From positions 10,788,001 through 10,852,000 of the forward strand of contig NC_087436.1 in NCBI RefSeq assembly GCF_036321535.1: DNA of 64,000 nt, read 5' to 3'. Positions 1 through 11,658 of this stretch are shown here, piece after piece. The notes beneath the pieces are model-generated. The model was given only the letters and a program-made list of their open reading frames with translations, had not been told where the DNA came from and ran no database searches. The stretch comes from Camelus dromedarius. Lineage: Eukaryota. Numbering within the stretch: the stretch's first letter is position 1; the number at the start of each line of letters is the position of its first letter. The position numbers were made by a program, and so were the translations under genes.

Positions 1-409
1 AGAATTAGCCTTTTGTAAGAAACATTGACATTTATAAAGGAAATCTCCATTTGTTAAGGTGTCTTCCTTGCTGTACCAGAAGAGGAGGATGACCAAATCT
101 CTAGAAACTCTTGACAATGGAGAAGGCAAGTACTTAAATCTGCATAAGAACCATACTCTTGTTAACTTGCTTCTCCTGGTCACCTCCCATAACTACCTTT
201 CCCTGGCTTCAACATCCTCTTTTGTCTTCATCTGAGGATAGTATTTAAGGTAGAGGCTTTGGCCATTTGGGTGAGTTACTCAGATTTTCTGGTTCTCTCC
301 CAAAAACTTTAGTGTGATTTTCTCCTGCTAATCTGTCTCATGTCAATTTCATTCTGAAACCAGCCAGAAGAACCTAAAAGGGTAAAGGACAATTTCTTCC
401 TTCCAAACA
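1..409 (+). mobile_element. ERV1 LTR, MER34/MER39-like (5' part outside window)
   Basis: Co-linear with the reverse complement of 16221-16742 (e.g. GGAAATCTCCATTTGT, GAGGAGGATGAC, AATCTCTAGAAACT). Ends ...TTCTTCCTTCCAAACA. Confidence 0.7.
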
Positions 410-904
410 CTATCCTTTAGTTGAGTGGATAACCTGACACTCTCCACATATATGTTAGATTTCTTATCTCTCTTGCTATTTTAATTCTGTGTTCTCTCTT
501 TTTGCTTACTTATACACCCACCCCTTCCTTCTCTCCCCAGGCTACCTGCATATCACTAGCATTAAAAAGTTCAACAAACATTGATCTGGTAGTCTCTCCT
601 CTAATAATCTAGCCTACAAAAGTCTAAAATGTAGAAGACGGCTTTACCAGAAAGGATTTTCAATATGTAACTTATATTAGCAAAAGCTAAGACATTACCT
701 AAAGGTCCTACAGGAGAGGGCTGGCTCAGTATTTAGAATATTCAGAAAGGTGGAATAAACAACCATTAACACTATAATACTTATAAAGAAGTTTTTAAAC
801 ATGGTGAGAATCTAAGTTACTTATTCATTTGTTAGTATAATATTAATTTTTAAAAGTAGCATATACAATTATAAGCATATTATTTTCTCAAATATATGAG
901 GTAA

Positions 905-1497
905 TGAAATGGAGCAGGACACTGTGGGGGTCCTCCCAAGTACAAATCTCTTCTGTCCCCCATTTCTTGTTTGTAGGAAATAAGCTTCATTCAAAGCCTT
1001 GACCTTCTTTGAGTTCCAAAGGGAAAGTTCAAATACCTGCTAATCTGGGAAGGGAGGGAATGAAGAGATAAGGGAGGAGCTGTCAAGAAACTATAGTGCA
1101 GCCATGGGGCAAGGTCCTGGTTCCTCCTCAAGGAATATACATAACAATATCTTTGAGTTCTTCTGCAAGAACTAAAGCCCTACCCAGGTGAAGGATGGTA
1201 ACTCAGGCTGAGCACAAGATTCCTGGAGCACCACCCTGTCACCTCACCACCAACTAATCAGAAGAAAGTCTGCACACAGTGGAAAACAATAAATATTCTG
1301 ACACCCTCCTGAATGAGTCTCCTTTTAAAAACTTTCATGGTCAGGCAGAATCTTCAGAGTTGGTGTTTGGACATGAGTCCACCTTTTCCCCAGGTTGCTG
1401 GCCTCCTGAATAAAGCAACTTTTATTTTTCCCAACAGCACTTATCTCCTGAGTATTGGCTTTAGAGTGGTGAGCAGCCAGACCTGAATTTGGTAATG
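905..1497 (+). mobile_element. Solo ERV1-type LTR (family A; 4 copies in window)
   Basis: Starts TGAAATGGAGCAGGAC, contains AATAAA (~1409), 4-bp TSD GTAA (901-904 / 1498-1501). Homologous to 11021-11658, 15457-16027 and 19131-19710. Confidence 0.85.
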
Positions 1498-1689
1498 GTA
1501 ATTCAGAGAAGAAAGTCTACAGTGAAATATAGTCAAGTGTTTATGGTTTTATCTGGGTGGTGAAATCTTAGATTTGTTTTTTGTTTGTTTGTTTCTTTTA
1601 CATTTTTCTAAGCATCTGGATCTTCAAAACTTTCTACAATAACATTAATTTTATTACAAAAAATTAAAACAAAATAAACAGACCAACCA

Positions 1690-1960
1690 TTATGCATTCT
1701 TCAGGGCCAAGCTGACTTTCTCTATTGTCAAGAAGCGTTCCCTAATTCCCTCTAGCAGATGCCATTCCTCTGCTTCCCAGATCCGCAGCTCTGTGGTGTG
1801 TATCTCCCATGGTACATTTCACAATCTACTCTGGATCAGAGATAATCGTATAATTGTCTTATCCTGCCTGCACCAAATTACATTCTCTTTTGTGTCTGCC
1901 GCAGTGCTTAACAGAATGCCTTTTATAAAGCAGACATTTAAGAAGCATTTGTTCAATGCA
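1690..1960 (+). mobile_element. L2 LINE 3' fragment (decayed)
   Basis: Pyrimidine-rich, ends CAGTGCTTAACAGAATGCC...CATTTGTTCAATG, resembling the L2 3' terminus. Confidence 0.4.
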
Positions 1961-2431
1961 TAGATTATGTTCTGTCTCAAATTTATTCTCTTGTCAATAT
2001 GCTTTTAAAAGAAACTTTATGAAATCAACTGGCATATAATTATAGGCATTCAAGAAACTTCATCAACTGCCTATTTCTCTTTGCTGATGGCATCTTGTGA
2101 CAAGACTGATACCCTCTTATGGAGTTTTTCTGATAACTGAAACTGAAGATTGTAAACAAGGAAAACACATGAAAAAATACACAGTGACTAATGAGCATAT
2201 CAACCATCATTACATGTTCTCTTCATGTTACTTAGTTATTTGACTGATGTCTGACTTCATTATTCCTCCTAGATCATTCTACTGTATATTAAGATCAAAT
2301 GAAAGGGTGTGCCTTTTCCAGCTAGGAAGACATGCTCCTCATGCATCTGGTGTTATTGATATTTTTATGTTTTCTGCAACATAAATACTAGAATTTATAA
2401 GTTTTTAATTTAAATGGTAAAACAATAATTT

Positions 2432-2555
2432 TTAAAAACAGACAAAACCAACTGCTGGTGATCATGTGAAGCAACTGGAACTCTCATATATTACTAGTGG
2501 GAATGCAAAACAGTACAGCCATATGGAAAAACAGTTTGGCCGTTTCTTATAAATA
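2432..2555 (+). mobile_element. Old L1 (L1MB/MC-like) fragment
   Basis: GCAACTGGAACTCTCATAT..GTGGGAATGCAAAA..TACAGCC..TGGAAAAACAGTTTGGC motif typical of the old L1 ORF2 end. Confidence 0.6.
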
Positions 2556-3032
2556 ACACATACTTCTAATTCTTCACCAATTTGTCAGGCTCAAGCACCC
2601 ATTTGAAATATTTCCCACCGGTTTTAATGCACGCCATAAATTTAAGCCTATTATTTTCTGCTTTGAATTTCTCCCTATCCTGAGTAACTTTCAGTCATTT
2701 CATCTTACAGGGAGGTTGTTAATGACAGTAGTGTTAGGGAATCAAGAAATGGAGAGTGCAGGAGGGGTTTTACACCATCAACTGTAACATAATGCATTTT
2801 ACATAAGCAACTCACCCCAATCATTTATTGCCTTTCATTTTTAGTTTTATTTCTTTTCTTATATTCTACTTATATTTCTCTCCCTTTTCTCCTTCTCTTT
2901 CGCTCAGGTCAGTGATTCTTTTTTTTTTTTTTTTAAAGAATCAACAGAATGTGGTAATCCAATCATAAAGGACAGTCAAATGTGTTTACACATATTCAAG
3001 AAATCAATCATCTAAGTTATAAATAATAAATA

Positions 3033-4430
3033 GTTCATCTGTGTCATTTTTTTAAGATACCACATATAAGTCATATCATATGGCATTTTTCTTTTTCTAT
3101 CCTGCCCACTTTACTTAAAATGATGATCTTCAGGTCCATCCATGTTGCTGCAGATGGCATTATTTTATTCTTTTTTATGGCTGAGTAGTGTTCCATTGTA
3201 TATATGTACCACATCTTCTTTATCCAGTCACCTGTTGATGGACATTTGGGTTGTTTCCATGTCTTGACTATTGTAAATAGTGCTGCTATGAACACTGGGG
3301 TGCATGTGTCTTTTTGAATTTTACTTCTCCCTGGGTATATGCCCAGGAATGGAATTGCTGGATCACATGGTAAGTCTATTTTTAGTTTTTTAAGGAACCT
3401 CCATACTGTCCTCGATAGCGGCTGCACCAGTCTACACTCCCACCAAAAGTTCCCTTTTCTCCACACCCTCTCCAGCATCTATCATTTGTAGACTTTTTAA
3501 GGATGGCCATTCTGGCTGGTGTGAGGTGATATCTCGTTGGAGTTTTGACCTGCATTTCTCTGACAACGATGCTGAGCATTTCTTCATGTGTCTATTAGCC
3601 ATTTGTATGCCTTCATTGGAGAATTGTTTTCTGCCCATTTTTGGATTGGGTTGCTTGTTTTTTGTTTTTGTTTGTTTGTTTGGTTGGTTTGTTTTTTGAT
3701 ATTAAGGTGTATTAGCTATTTGTATATTTTGGTAATTAGTCCCTTGTCAGTTGCATCATTTTCAAATATTTTCTCCCATTCTGTAGGTTGTCATTTCATT
3801 TTGTTGATGATATCCTCAGCTGTGCAAAAGCTTTAAGTTTAATTAGATCCCATTTGTTTATTTTTGCTTTTATTTCCATTACTCCAGAGACTGGTTCAAA
3901 CAATATATTGCTGTGATTTATGTCTGCAAGTGTTCTGTCTATGTTTTCCTCTAGCAGTTTTATAGTATCTGATCTTATTTAGGTCATTAATCCATTTTTA
4001 GTTTATTTTTGTGTACAGTGTTAAAGAATGTTCTAATTTCAGGCTTTTACAGGTAGCTGTCCAGTTTTCCCTACACCACTTGTTGAAGGGACTGTCTTTT
4101 CTCCGTTGTATATTCTTGCTTCCTTTGTTGTAGATTAATTGACGATAAGTGTGTGGCTTTACTTCCAGATTTTCTATCCTGCTCCATTGATCTATGTGTC
4201 TGTTTTTGTACCAACACCATACTGTTTTGATTACTGTAGCTTTCTAGTATAGTCTGAAGTCAGGAAGCATGATTCTCCAGTTTCATTCTTCTTTTTCAAG
4301 ACTCTTTTGGCTATTCATGGTATTTTGTGTTTCCATACAAATTTTAACATTTTTTGTTCCAGCTCTGTGAAGAATGTCATTGGTAATTTGATAGGGACTG
4401 CATTGAATCTGTAAATTGCCTTGGGCAGTA
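3033..4430 (-). mobile_element. LINE-1 fragment, frameshifted ORF2 C-terminal third
   Basis: ORF-track pieces [15 protein letters not shown] and [24 protein letters not shown]...[33 protein letters not shown] match the L1 ORF2p C-terminus, split over several frames. Confidence 0.95.
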
Positions 4431-4963
4431 TTCAGGCCACTGATTCTAAATTCAAGATGCCCCTTAGAACTACACACAGACATTTTCTAAAAAGAAAGAC
4501 CTGGGCTCCACCATGTGGCCCATGAATCTGAAAGTTTCAGAAACTCCACATACAAGGTGGATGCACACAGCTCTTGGGAGACGCTGACTCAGGCTTTGCA
4601 GTAGGGACACAAAGTTGAACCACTAGCACTGTTCCATGCTTTAGATGTTGACACCTACTGTGCTAGAACTTATAAATCTGTTGTGAGCATAACAGGTATA
4701 TGCTTTACAATTTCTTCAGCTTAGGAAATTAAAAATAATGCCAGAGTACATGAAGACTGAGATCACAGCACAGCTTTCTTCCATTTACTGTGATTTACCA
4801 GCTTCTCTCCTGAATACCCATCTGCTCCCTAGAACCCACTCCCATTTCCCCTTTCCATCAGCTTTTTGTCTTCATTTGGGATATTATCTAGAACACAGCA
4901 ATTTCTCAATAATTCTTTTGTTTGTGTTTGTATTGATTCATTTACACTTTTTTGCACTTATTT

Positions 4964-5060
4964 TGTACAGTTTTAACTGCTCATTTGCTGTAGTTTTAAC
5001 TACTTATTTTGTATAGTTCTAACTGTATTTACACATATGTTGTATAGTTTTAACTACTTA
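4964..5060. repeat. Degenerate tandem repeat, core TGTATAGTTTTAACT, ~4 copies
   Basis: tgtacagttttaactg / ctgtagttttaactactta / tgtatagttctaactg / tgtatagttttaactactta. Confidence 0.6.
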
Positions 5061-5760
5061 GATAAGTATTTTTAAGCCTCCCCCAAACTATGTGTGTATA
5101 GTTCAAGCTGTAATTCTGAACTGGGGACTGTCAGTGGGTTCCAGAATGAAACAGTGTTCTCAGCTAACTGTAGCCAAAAGCTGAGACTGAGAGGCCCAGC
5201 ACTCAGAAAACACACGCTTGTACCTATCCTGCTCATGGTCGTACCTCCCCACACCCCCTGCAACCAGTGAGCAACAAAATTAATTTTCTATAATCTCCAT
5301 TTAGACTTTAAAATGCATTCCAGCTGCCAGTATTTTTTATGTAAATTTTTAACCACAAATAGAAATTGATAGTCTCAAATCACCACAAAATTGAAGAAAA
5401 TTAACACTAAGAACCTGACTAAGCTATTTACAAATTTCAGCAGCAAACAGACTAACTCCTGAAAAACATCATTAATAAAGGAAACAGAAAAACAGAAAAA
5501 ATTCAGTAAATGTAATTAGTACCCTCAGAGACATGTGAAAAGCTATCACCTCCATGAATCAACAACAGTGAAAGTTAAGGGGGAAAAAAAGGAAACTATT
5601 AGAACTGTTGAGGGGGGAAAGAGCTGTCAAAATAAAAATACATGGAAAACAAATAAAAGCAAAATAGGTTGAGGAGTAGACTAAACTTAACTGAAAAATC
5701 GTATTATTGAACCAAATGATTCCTGCAAAATTCAGTGCAAAAGCTCAAACAAATGAAAAG

Positions 5761-5897
5761 TGTATATATATATATATACACACACATTTACATATGTGCA
5801 CACATCTACATATACAGATGGGGTGAAGGCAGCAAGTACACATACATACATGTGTCTATGTGTGTGTATACACATACAGATGTATGTATGTATATGT
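5761..5897. repeat. Mixed (TA)n/(CA)n/(TG)n low-complexity tract
   Basis: Alternating purine-pyrimidine dinucleotide runs seen directly. Confidence 0.75.
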
Positions 5898-6365
5898 CTT
5901 ACTAGACATAGTTTACAATATATATAATGGAACGATGGATAATAGAACATACTACATAGAACCTTGCACTTAATGTATAGAGAATACAAACACTATATTT
6001 CAAACAACCGTGGACCACATCAAATAACAATGCACTGTATGTCTTTCTCCTTCCCTGCACCCACCCCATCTTTCAGACATTAATTTGCTTTCTGGTGAAA
6101 GGTTATGATCCATAGTGACTGACAGAAAGTATAATCAAATAGCCAAAAAGGTCTATGAATGAAAATATGGAAATGCAGGTTTTCCTACGACACCATTTTC
6201 CCTAAGCAATTAGAAACAGAAAGCAAGAATCTGTAAATAGAAATTGGGAGAAGTTCCCCCAACCCCAATTTTACCATCACACCCAATCCTCCCAGCATTC
6301 CTAAATGTAGGACACAAGCAGAGCTAAGTAACAAAGTTGTTAACAGTAACCCAAGAGCTGGACAA

Positions 6366-6399
6366 GGATGGTCAAGGATGTCAGGATGTCAGGATGTCA
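6366..6399. repeat. Short tandem repeat (AGGATGTC) ~4 copies
   Basis: aggatggtcaaggatgtcaggatgtcaggatgtc. Confidence 0.7.
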
Positions 6400-6547
6400 A
6401 AGGATTTGAAGAGAATGGCATTTGCTGATATTTGATGACAGGAATGTCTCTTTACACAAACTAAGCTGGGAATAAAGCACTTAATGTTGATGAATGCATC
6501 AAAATTAGCCAAAGGCATTATATGCCCTCAGTGTTATTTTATTAAAT

Positions 6548-6553
<6 letters not shown>

Positions 6554-6606
<53 letters not shown>
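6554..6606. repeat. (ATTT)n microsatellite, ~13 units
   Basis: Perfect ATTT run. Confidence 0.95.
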
Positions 6607-6934
6607 CATAGTGTGGAAGAGGAGGACAAGAGGTGTGCTCTTATCATCTTGGATATATCCCACCACATCCTGGTGTGCCCCACCCAAGGTTGCCAATAAA
6701 ACATAATCTATGTCTGTCCACTCAGCCAATCACAGGACTGCCTTCCTTTGCCAAGGGTTTGAGAGGAAGATAAATACCTTACCACATTGTGATAGAAGAT
6801 AGAGCCAGGAGGGCTTGTAAAGGTCGTTTCATATGTGGAGAAAGCACTATGACATGGTCAGGGGTTAACAGCATAGATAACTTAACAACTCGTGGACTTG
6901 AGGTCCCCTCATAGCTTCCTAGAAATGTAAATTA

Positions 6935-7239
6935 AGAGTTTGAGATTAGCAGATACACACTGCTATATACAAAACAGATAAACAAGGGCCTACTGTATAG
7001 CACAGGGAGCTATATTCAATGTCCTGTAATAAACCATACTGGAAAAGAATTTGAAAAAGAGTATATGTATGCATGTATGCGTATGTGTGTGTGTGTGTAT
7101 ACATATATATAAAACATATAAGTATATATGTGAAACATATAAGTGTGTGTGTGTGTGTGTGTGTATATAAATAACTGAATCAATTTGCTGTACACCAGAA
7201 ACTAACACAACATTGTAAAGCAACTATACTTCACTTAAA
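6935..7239 (+). mobile_element. L1 3'UTR tail (artiodactyl-type) with internal (TG)n/(TA)n
   Basis: CTACTGTATAGCACAGGGA..ATAACTGAATCA..GCTGTACACCAGAAACTAACACAACATTGTAAAGCAACTATACTTCA. Confidence 0.9.
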
Positions 7240-8083
7240 GATACATGCACCCCAATGTTCACAGCAGCACTATTTACAATAGCCAAGACATGGAAGCAAC
7301 CTAAATGTCCATCAACAGATGACTGGATAAAGAAGTTGTGGTATATTTATACAATGAAATACTACTCTGCCATAAAAAGAATAAAATAATGCTATTTGTA
7401 GCAACACAGATGGACCTAGAGATCATCATTCTAAGTGAAGTAAGCCAGAAAGAGAAAGAAAAACACCACATGATATCATTCACATGTGGAATCTAAAAAA
7501 GAAAAGAAAAGAAAAGGAAGAAAAGAACACTATGAACTCATCTACAAAACAGAAATAGACTCTCAGACTTATTAAACAATCTTATGGTTACCGGGGAAAG
7601 AGGGTGGGAGGGGATAAATTTGGGAGTTTGAGATTTACAGATGTTAGCCACTATATATAAAAATAGATTTTTAAAAAAGTTTCTTTTGTATAGCACAAGG
7701 AGCTCTGATCAGTATCTTGTAATAACTTTTAATGGAAGAAAATGTGAAAATGGGTATATGTGTTTATATGTGGGACTGGAACATTGCACTGTGCACCAGA
7801 GACTGACACATTGTAATTAACTGTAATTCACTAAAAAAAAGAGTTTGGGATTAACATATATATATTACCATATATAAAATGTATACAACAAAGACCTACG
7901 GTATAGTACAGGGAACTGTGTTGTATGTCTTGAAATAACGTATATGGAAAAAAAATCTGAAAAATATTTATCTGTGTATATGTATAACTGAATCTCTTTG
8001 CAGTACAGCAAAAACTAACATTGGAAATCAACTACATTTCAATAAAAAGCAAAATAATATTAAAGATAATAATAAACTGAAAA
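7240..8083 (+). mobile_element. Composite L1 insertion: L1 3' end (7240-7840) plus a second L1 tail (7841-8048)
   Basis: ORF2 end and 3'UTR, then A-run, then another tail. The whole unit is flanked by the 18-bp direct repeat AACTATACTTCACTTAAA (7222-7239 / 8084-8101). Confidence 0.85.
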
Positions 8084-9154
8084 AACTATACTTCACTTAA
8101 AAATGATATTTTAAGGGGGTTAATTTATAGACATGTTTTTATAGTTAAATTACAGAATGTTTGCAAAATATTAGTCACATAATCCATTGTCTTCAAAATA
8201 ATGTCTTCAGTAAATGTTGATGGTGATGCTCTGGATGGCAACAATGAAGGCAGCACTCGAGGGGGGCACCCACCCAGTTTAACAAACCACACAATACAGA
8301 CAGTACAGTGATTCCAGCTCAGTTTAGAGGCACAGACTCTCCCCTTGATGATGGAAGGCTGAATTTCCTTTGCTATCACTGTATTTTACTTATTTGGCCC
8401 TATTAGCTTAAAAAATGTCTAAATCTATTAGAGAATAACCATAGATTGAATTAAACACATGAGTTTCCCTAATTGGGTTTAATGGAATGTTATAATAAGT
8501 AGCGTTATTCTACTAATTATCATGGTTAACAGGCTTTACTTTGAAAAGTTCTCTTTAGCAGTTAATCTTCATATGGAAACTTTTAGTTTACCATGGAGGT
8601 TTCTCCAAAAAAGCACTAGACTGAATGATGGTCAAGTTTGTAAGGTTGAGGGAGGAAAAAAAAGTGTCCCTTAATCCTAATGCCAGAAATAGGCTGAGAG
8701 TGGATATCTGACTTTTTCTTATTTTTTTAAAGAAAACAAGACATCTAAGGAAATTCATGGCCCTTGTCGAATCCCTCGCCTTCAGATACGGCATAGGGAA
8801 GGATACACTTCTATTATCTAGTCCCTTTGCTAAGGATTTTTGGGGAAAACTTAGCTCATGTGAACAAATGGGTGTAAACCTATCCACCTTCCTGATCAGG
8901 GAAAACAAACAGTTGCTTCTAGGGTAGGAGACCGAATCTCAGTCTCAGAGGAAGGAGAAGAGGACAGAGTAAGACATGAAAGAGGGAGACCATAGCTTTG
9001 TGAGGAGGTACTCAGGCAGGGGCTTCTGTGGGCACCAGGCAAATCTGAAGGAGAAAGGAAGAGTGACGCAGAACTAGCTTTGTGCTTACAGAGAACAGTG
9101 TTTAATTTATGATAAGCTCCCGCTAAGTGGCAGTGACTATTAACAGCAGTGCTA

Positions 9155-10913
9155 TGTAGTAGTTTTTAAATGTCCACAAATCCTTTGATACTTCGCCCTT
9201 CAAACGGCAGAGCCTATTAAAGACTTAAATATAAGGCAAGACACTATAAACCTCCTAGAAGAAAATATAGGCAAAATATTCTCTGACATAAATCTTAGCA
9301 ATGTTCTCCTAGGGCAGTCTACCCAGACAACAGAAATAAAAGCAAAACTAAACAAATGGGACCTAATTAAACTTATAAGCTTTTGCACAACAAAGGAAAC
9401 CATAAGCAAAACAAAACAACCACCTAAGGAATGGGAGAAAATATTTGCAAATGATACGAATGGCAAAGTTTAATTTCCAAAATATATACACAGCTCATAC
9501 AACTTAACAAAAAAACAAACAACCCAATCCAGAAATGGACAGAAGCCCTAAACACACAATTCTCTAATGAAGACATACAAATGGTCAACAGGCACTAAGA
9601 AATGCAAATCAAAACTACAATGAGGTATCACCTCACACCAGTCAGAATGGCCATCATTCAAAAGTTCACAAACAATAAATTCAGTAGATGGTGTGGAGAA
9701 AAGGGAACCATCCTATATTGTTGGTGGGAATGTAGTTGGTGCAGCCATTAGGGAAAATAGTGCAAAGATTCCACAAAAAAATAAAAATAAACTTACCATA
9801 TGATCCAGCCATCCCACTCCTAGGCATATATCTAGAGGGAACTCTAATTTGAAAATATACATGCCCATCAATATTCACAGCAGCACAATTTACAATAGCC
9901 AAGACATAGAAACAACCTAAATGTCCACCAACAAAGGACTGGATAAAGAAGCTGTGGTATATTTATACCATGAAATACTACTCAGCCAAAAAAAGGAATA
10001 AAATAATGTCATTTGCAGCAGCATGGGTGGAACTGGAGATCGTCATTCTAAGTGAAGTAAGTCAGAAAGAGAAAGACATATACATATGACATCACTTATA
10101 TGTGGAATCTAAAAAAAAGACACATATGAACTTACTTATAAAACAGAAATAGACTCACAGACTTAGTAAACATACAGTTACGGGGGGGGAAGGTATTGAG
10201 AAGGGATAAATTGGGAGTTCAAGATTTGCAGATACTAACTACTAACTACTATATAGGAAACAGATCAACAAATTTCTTCTGTACAGCACAGGGAACTATA
10301 TTCAACATCTTGTAGTAACTTATGGTTAAAAAGAGTTTGATAATGAATGTATGTACGTGTATGACTGAAACATGATGCTGTACACCAGAAACTGACACAA
10401 CATTGTAAACTGACTATACTTCAATTAAAAAAAAAAAACAAAAACCAAAAACAAAAGCAGAGACTGCTTTCCCTCCTCTTGAGTTGGGGCTGGACTTAGC
10501 ACATTGCTTCTAATGATGAATAGAATAAGATGGATGTGCTAGGGTGTGACTGCAGAGAGCAGGTCATAGAAGCTGTCTCTGTGACTCTGTGGCTTTCTTG
10601 GCGCTCTCTCTTTTTGGATCACTCACTCTACAGGAAGTTACCTGCCTTGTTCTGAGGAGCACACTGGAATGGCCCCCATGACAAGAAACCGAGGCCAGTA
10701 GCCCAAAGCCAATAAGTAACTGAGTCTTTGGTCAAGATTGAAAGTGGAACCTGTAGCCCCAGCTCAGGCCCCAGCTAGCTATAGCTCAGACTGACATCTT
10801 AACTGCAGTTGCATCAGAGACTCAGTGAGAACCACCAAGTTAAGGCTCTCCTAAGTTGTTCTGAGTTGCTAAATTTGAGAGTAATTTTTATGCAGCTATA
10901 AATAACTAATACA
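9155..10913 (+). mobile_element. MaLR LTR (MLT1F-like), split by an L1; pieces 9155-9216 and ~10455-10913
   Basis: TGTAGTAGTTTTTAAATGTCCACAAATCCTTTGATAC continues after the L1 as CCCTCCTCTTGAGTTGGGGCTGGACTTAG and ends AACTAATACA. Flanks TGCTA/TGCTG (5-bp TSD, 1 mismatch). Confidence 0.75.
9217..10455 (+). mobile_element. 5'-truncated LINE-1 (ORF2 end, 3'UTR, A-tail)
   Basis: AAAGACTTAAATATAAGGCAAGACACTATAAACCTCCTAGAAGAAAA...GACTATACTTCAATTAAAAAAA. Degenerate TSD around GCAGAG(C/A)CT. Confidence 0.95.
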
Positions 10914-11020
10914 TGCTGCTACTCTTACTTTCAGTAAAGAATTTAAATGTGCATTTGCTTTTATAGCTTAGCATGCTGATTTATGAGATCATAATGAAAT
11001 ATTCGTTCAAACAAGTACAG

Positions 11021-11658
11021 TGTTACTGAACTCAAATTCAACTGCTCGCCACTCAAAAGCCAAAACTTGAGAGACAAGTATTGGTTGGAAAAGGAAATGT
11101 TGCTTTATGCAGGAGTCCAGCAACCTGAGGGAAAGATAGATTCGTATCCAAAAACCAAATCTAAAGATTCTGCTGGACCATGGCAGCTTTTAAAGGGAGA
11201 ATCATTTGGTGAGGGGGTCAGAGTCTTCATTCTCTCCCACTGTGTGTAGACTGTCTTCTGATTGGTTGGTGGTGAAGTAACAGAATGATGCTCCAGGAAT
11301 CTCATGCTCAAACTAAAGTTACCATCTAAAGTTATCAGTTACTAAAGTTAAGTTACCAGTCATTACAGTTCACCTGTGTGGGGACCTTAGTTCCTGCAGA
11401 AGAATTCAAAGGTATGTTATATATATTCCTTATAAGGAGGAACCAGGACCCTGCCCCAAGGCTGCTCTATTGTTTCTTGGCAGTTCCTCCCTTGTTTCTG
11501 CATTCCCCCCTTCCCTGATGAGCAAATCTTTGAATCTGCCTTTGCAGCTCAGAGAAGATCAAGGTGGCTGAATGAAATCTAGTTCCTACAAACAAGATAC
11601 AGGGGACATGGAAAGGAACTGTACTCAGGAGAGACCCGCAGGGTCCTGCTCCATTTCA
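11021..11658 (-). mobile_element. Solo ERV1-type LTR (family A)
   Basis: TGTTACTGAA...GGGTCCTGCTCCATTTCA is the reverse complement of family A ends. TSD unclear. Confidence 0.85.

Noticed and set aside
3071..3638. 135-aa and neighbouring ORFs as genes
   Set aside because: Frameshifted L1 ORF2 remnants. The same applies to ORFs at 9200-9902, 33246-33602, 48263-48988, 60564-61112 and 63538-63977.
8250..8272. CTCF-like site CACTCGAGGGGGGCACC
   Set aside because: 5' half fits the CCASYAGRKGGC core poorly; a single weak match is expected by chance.
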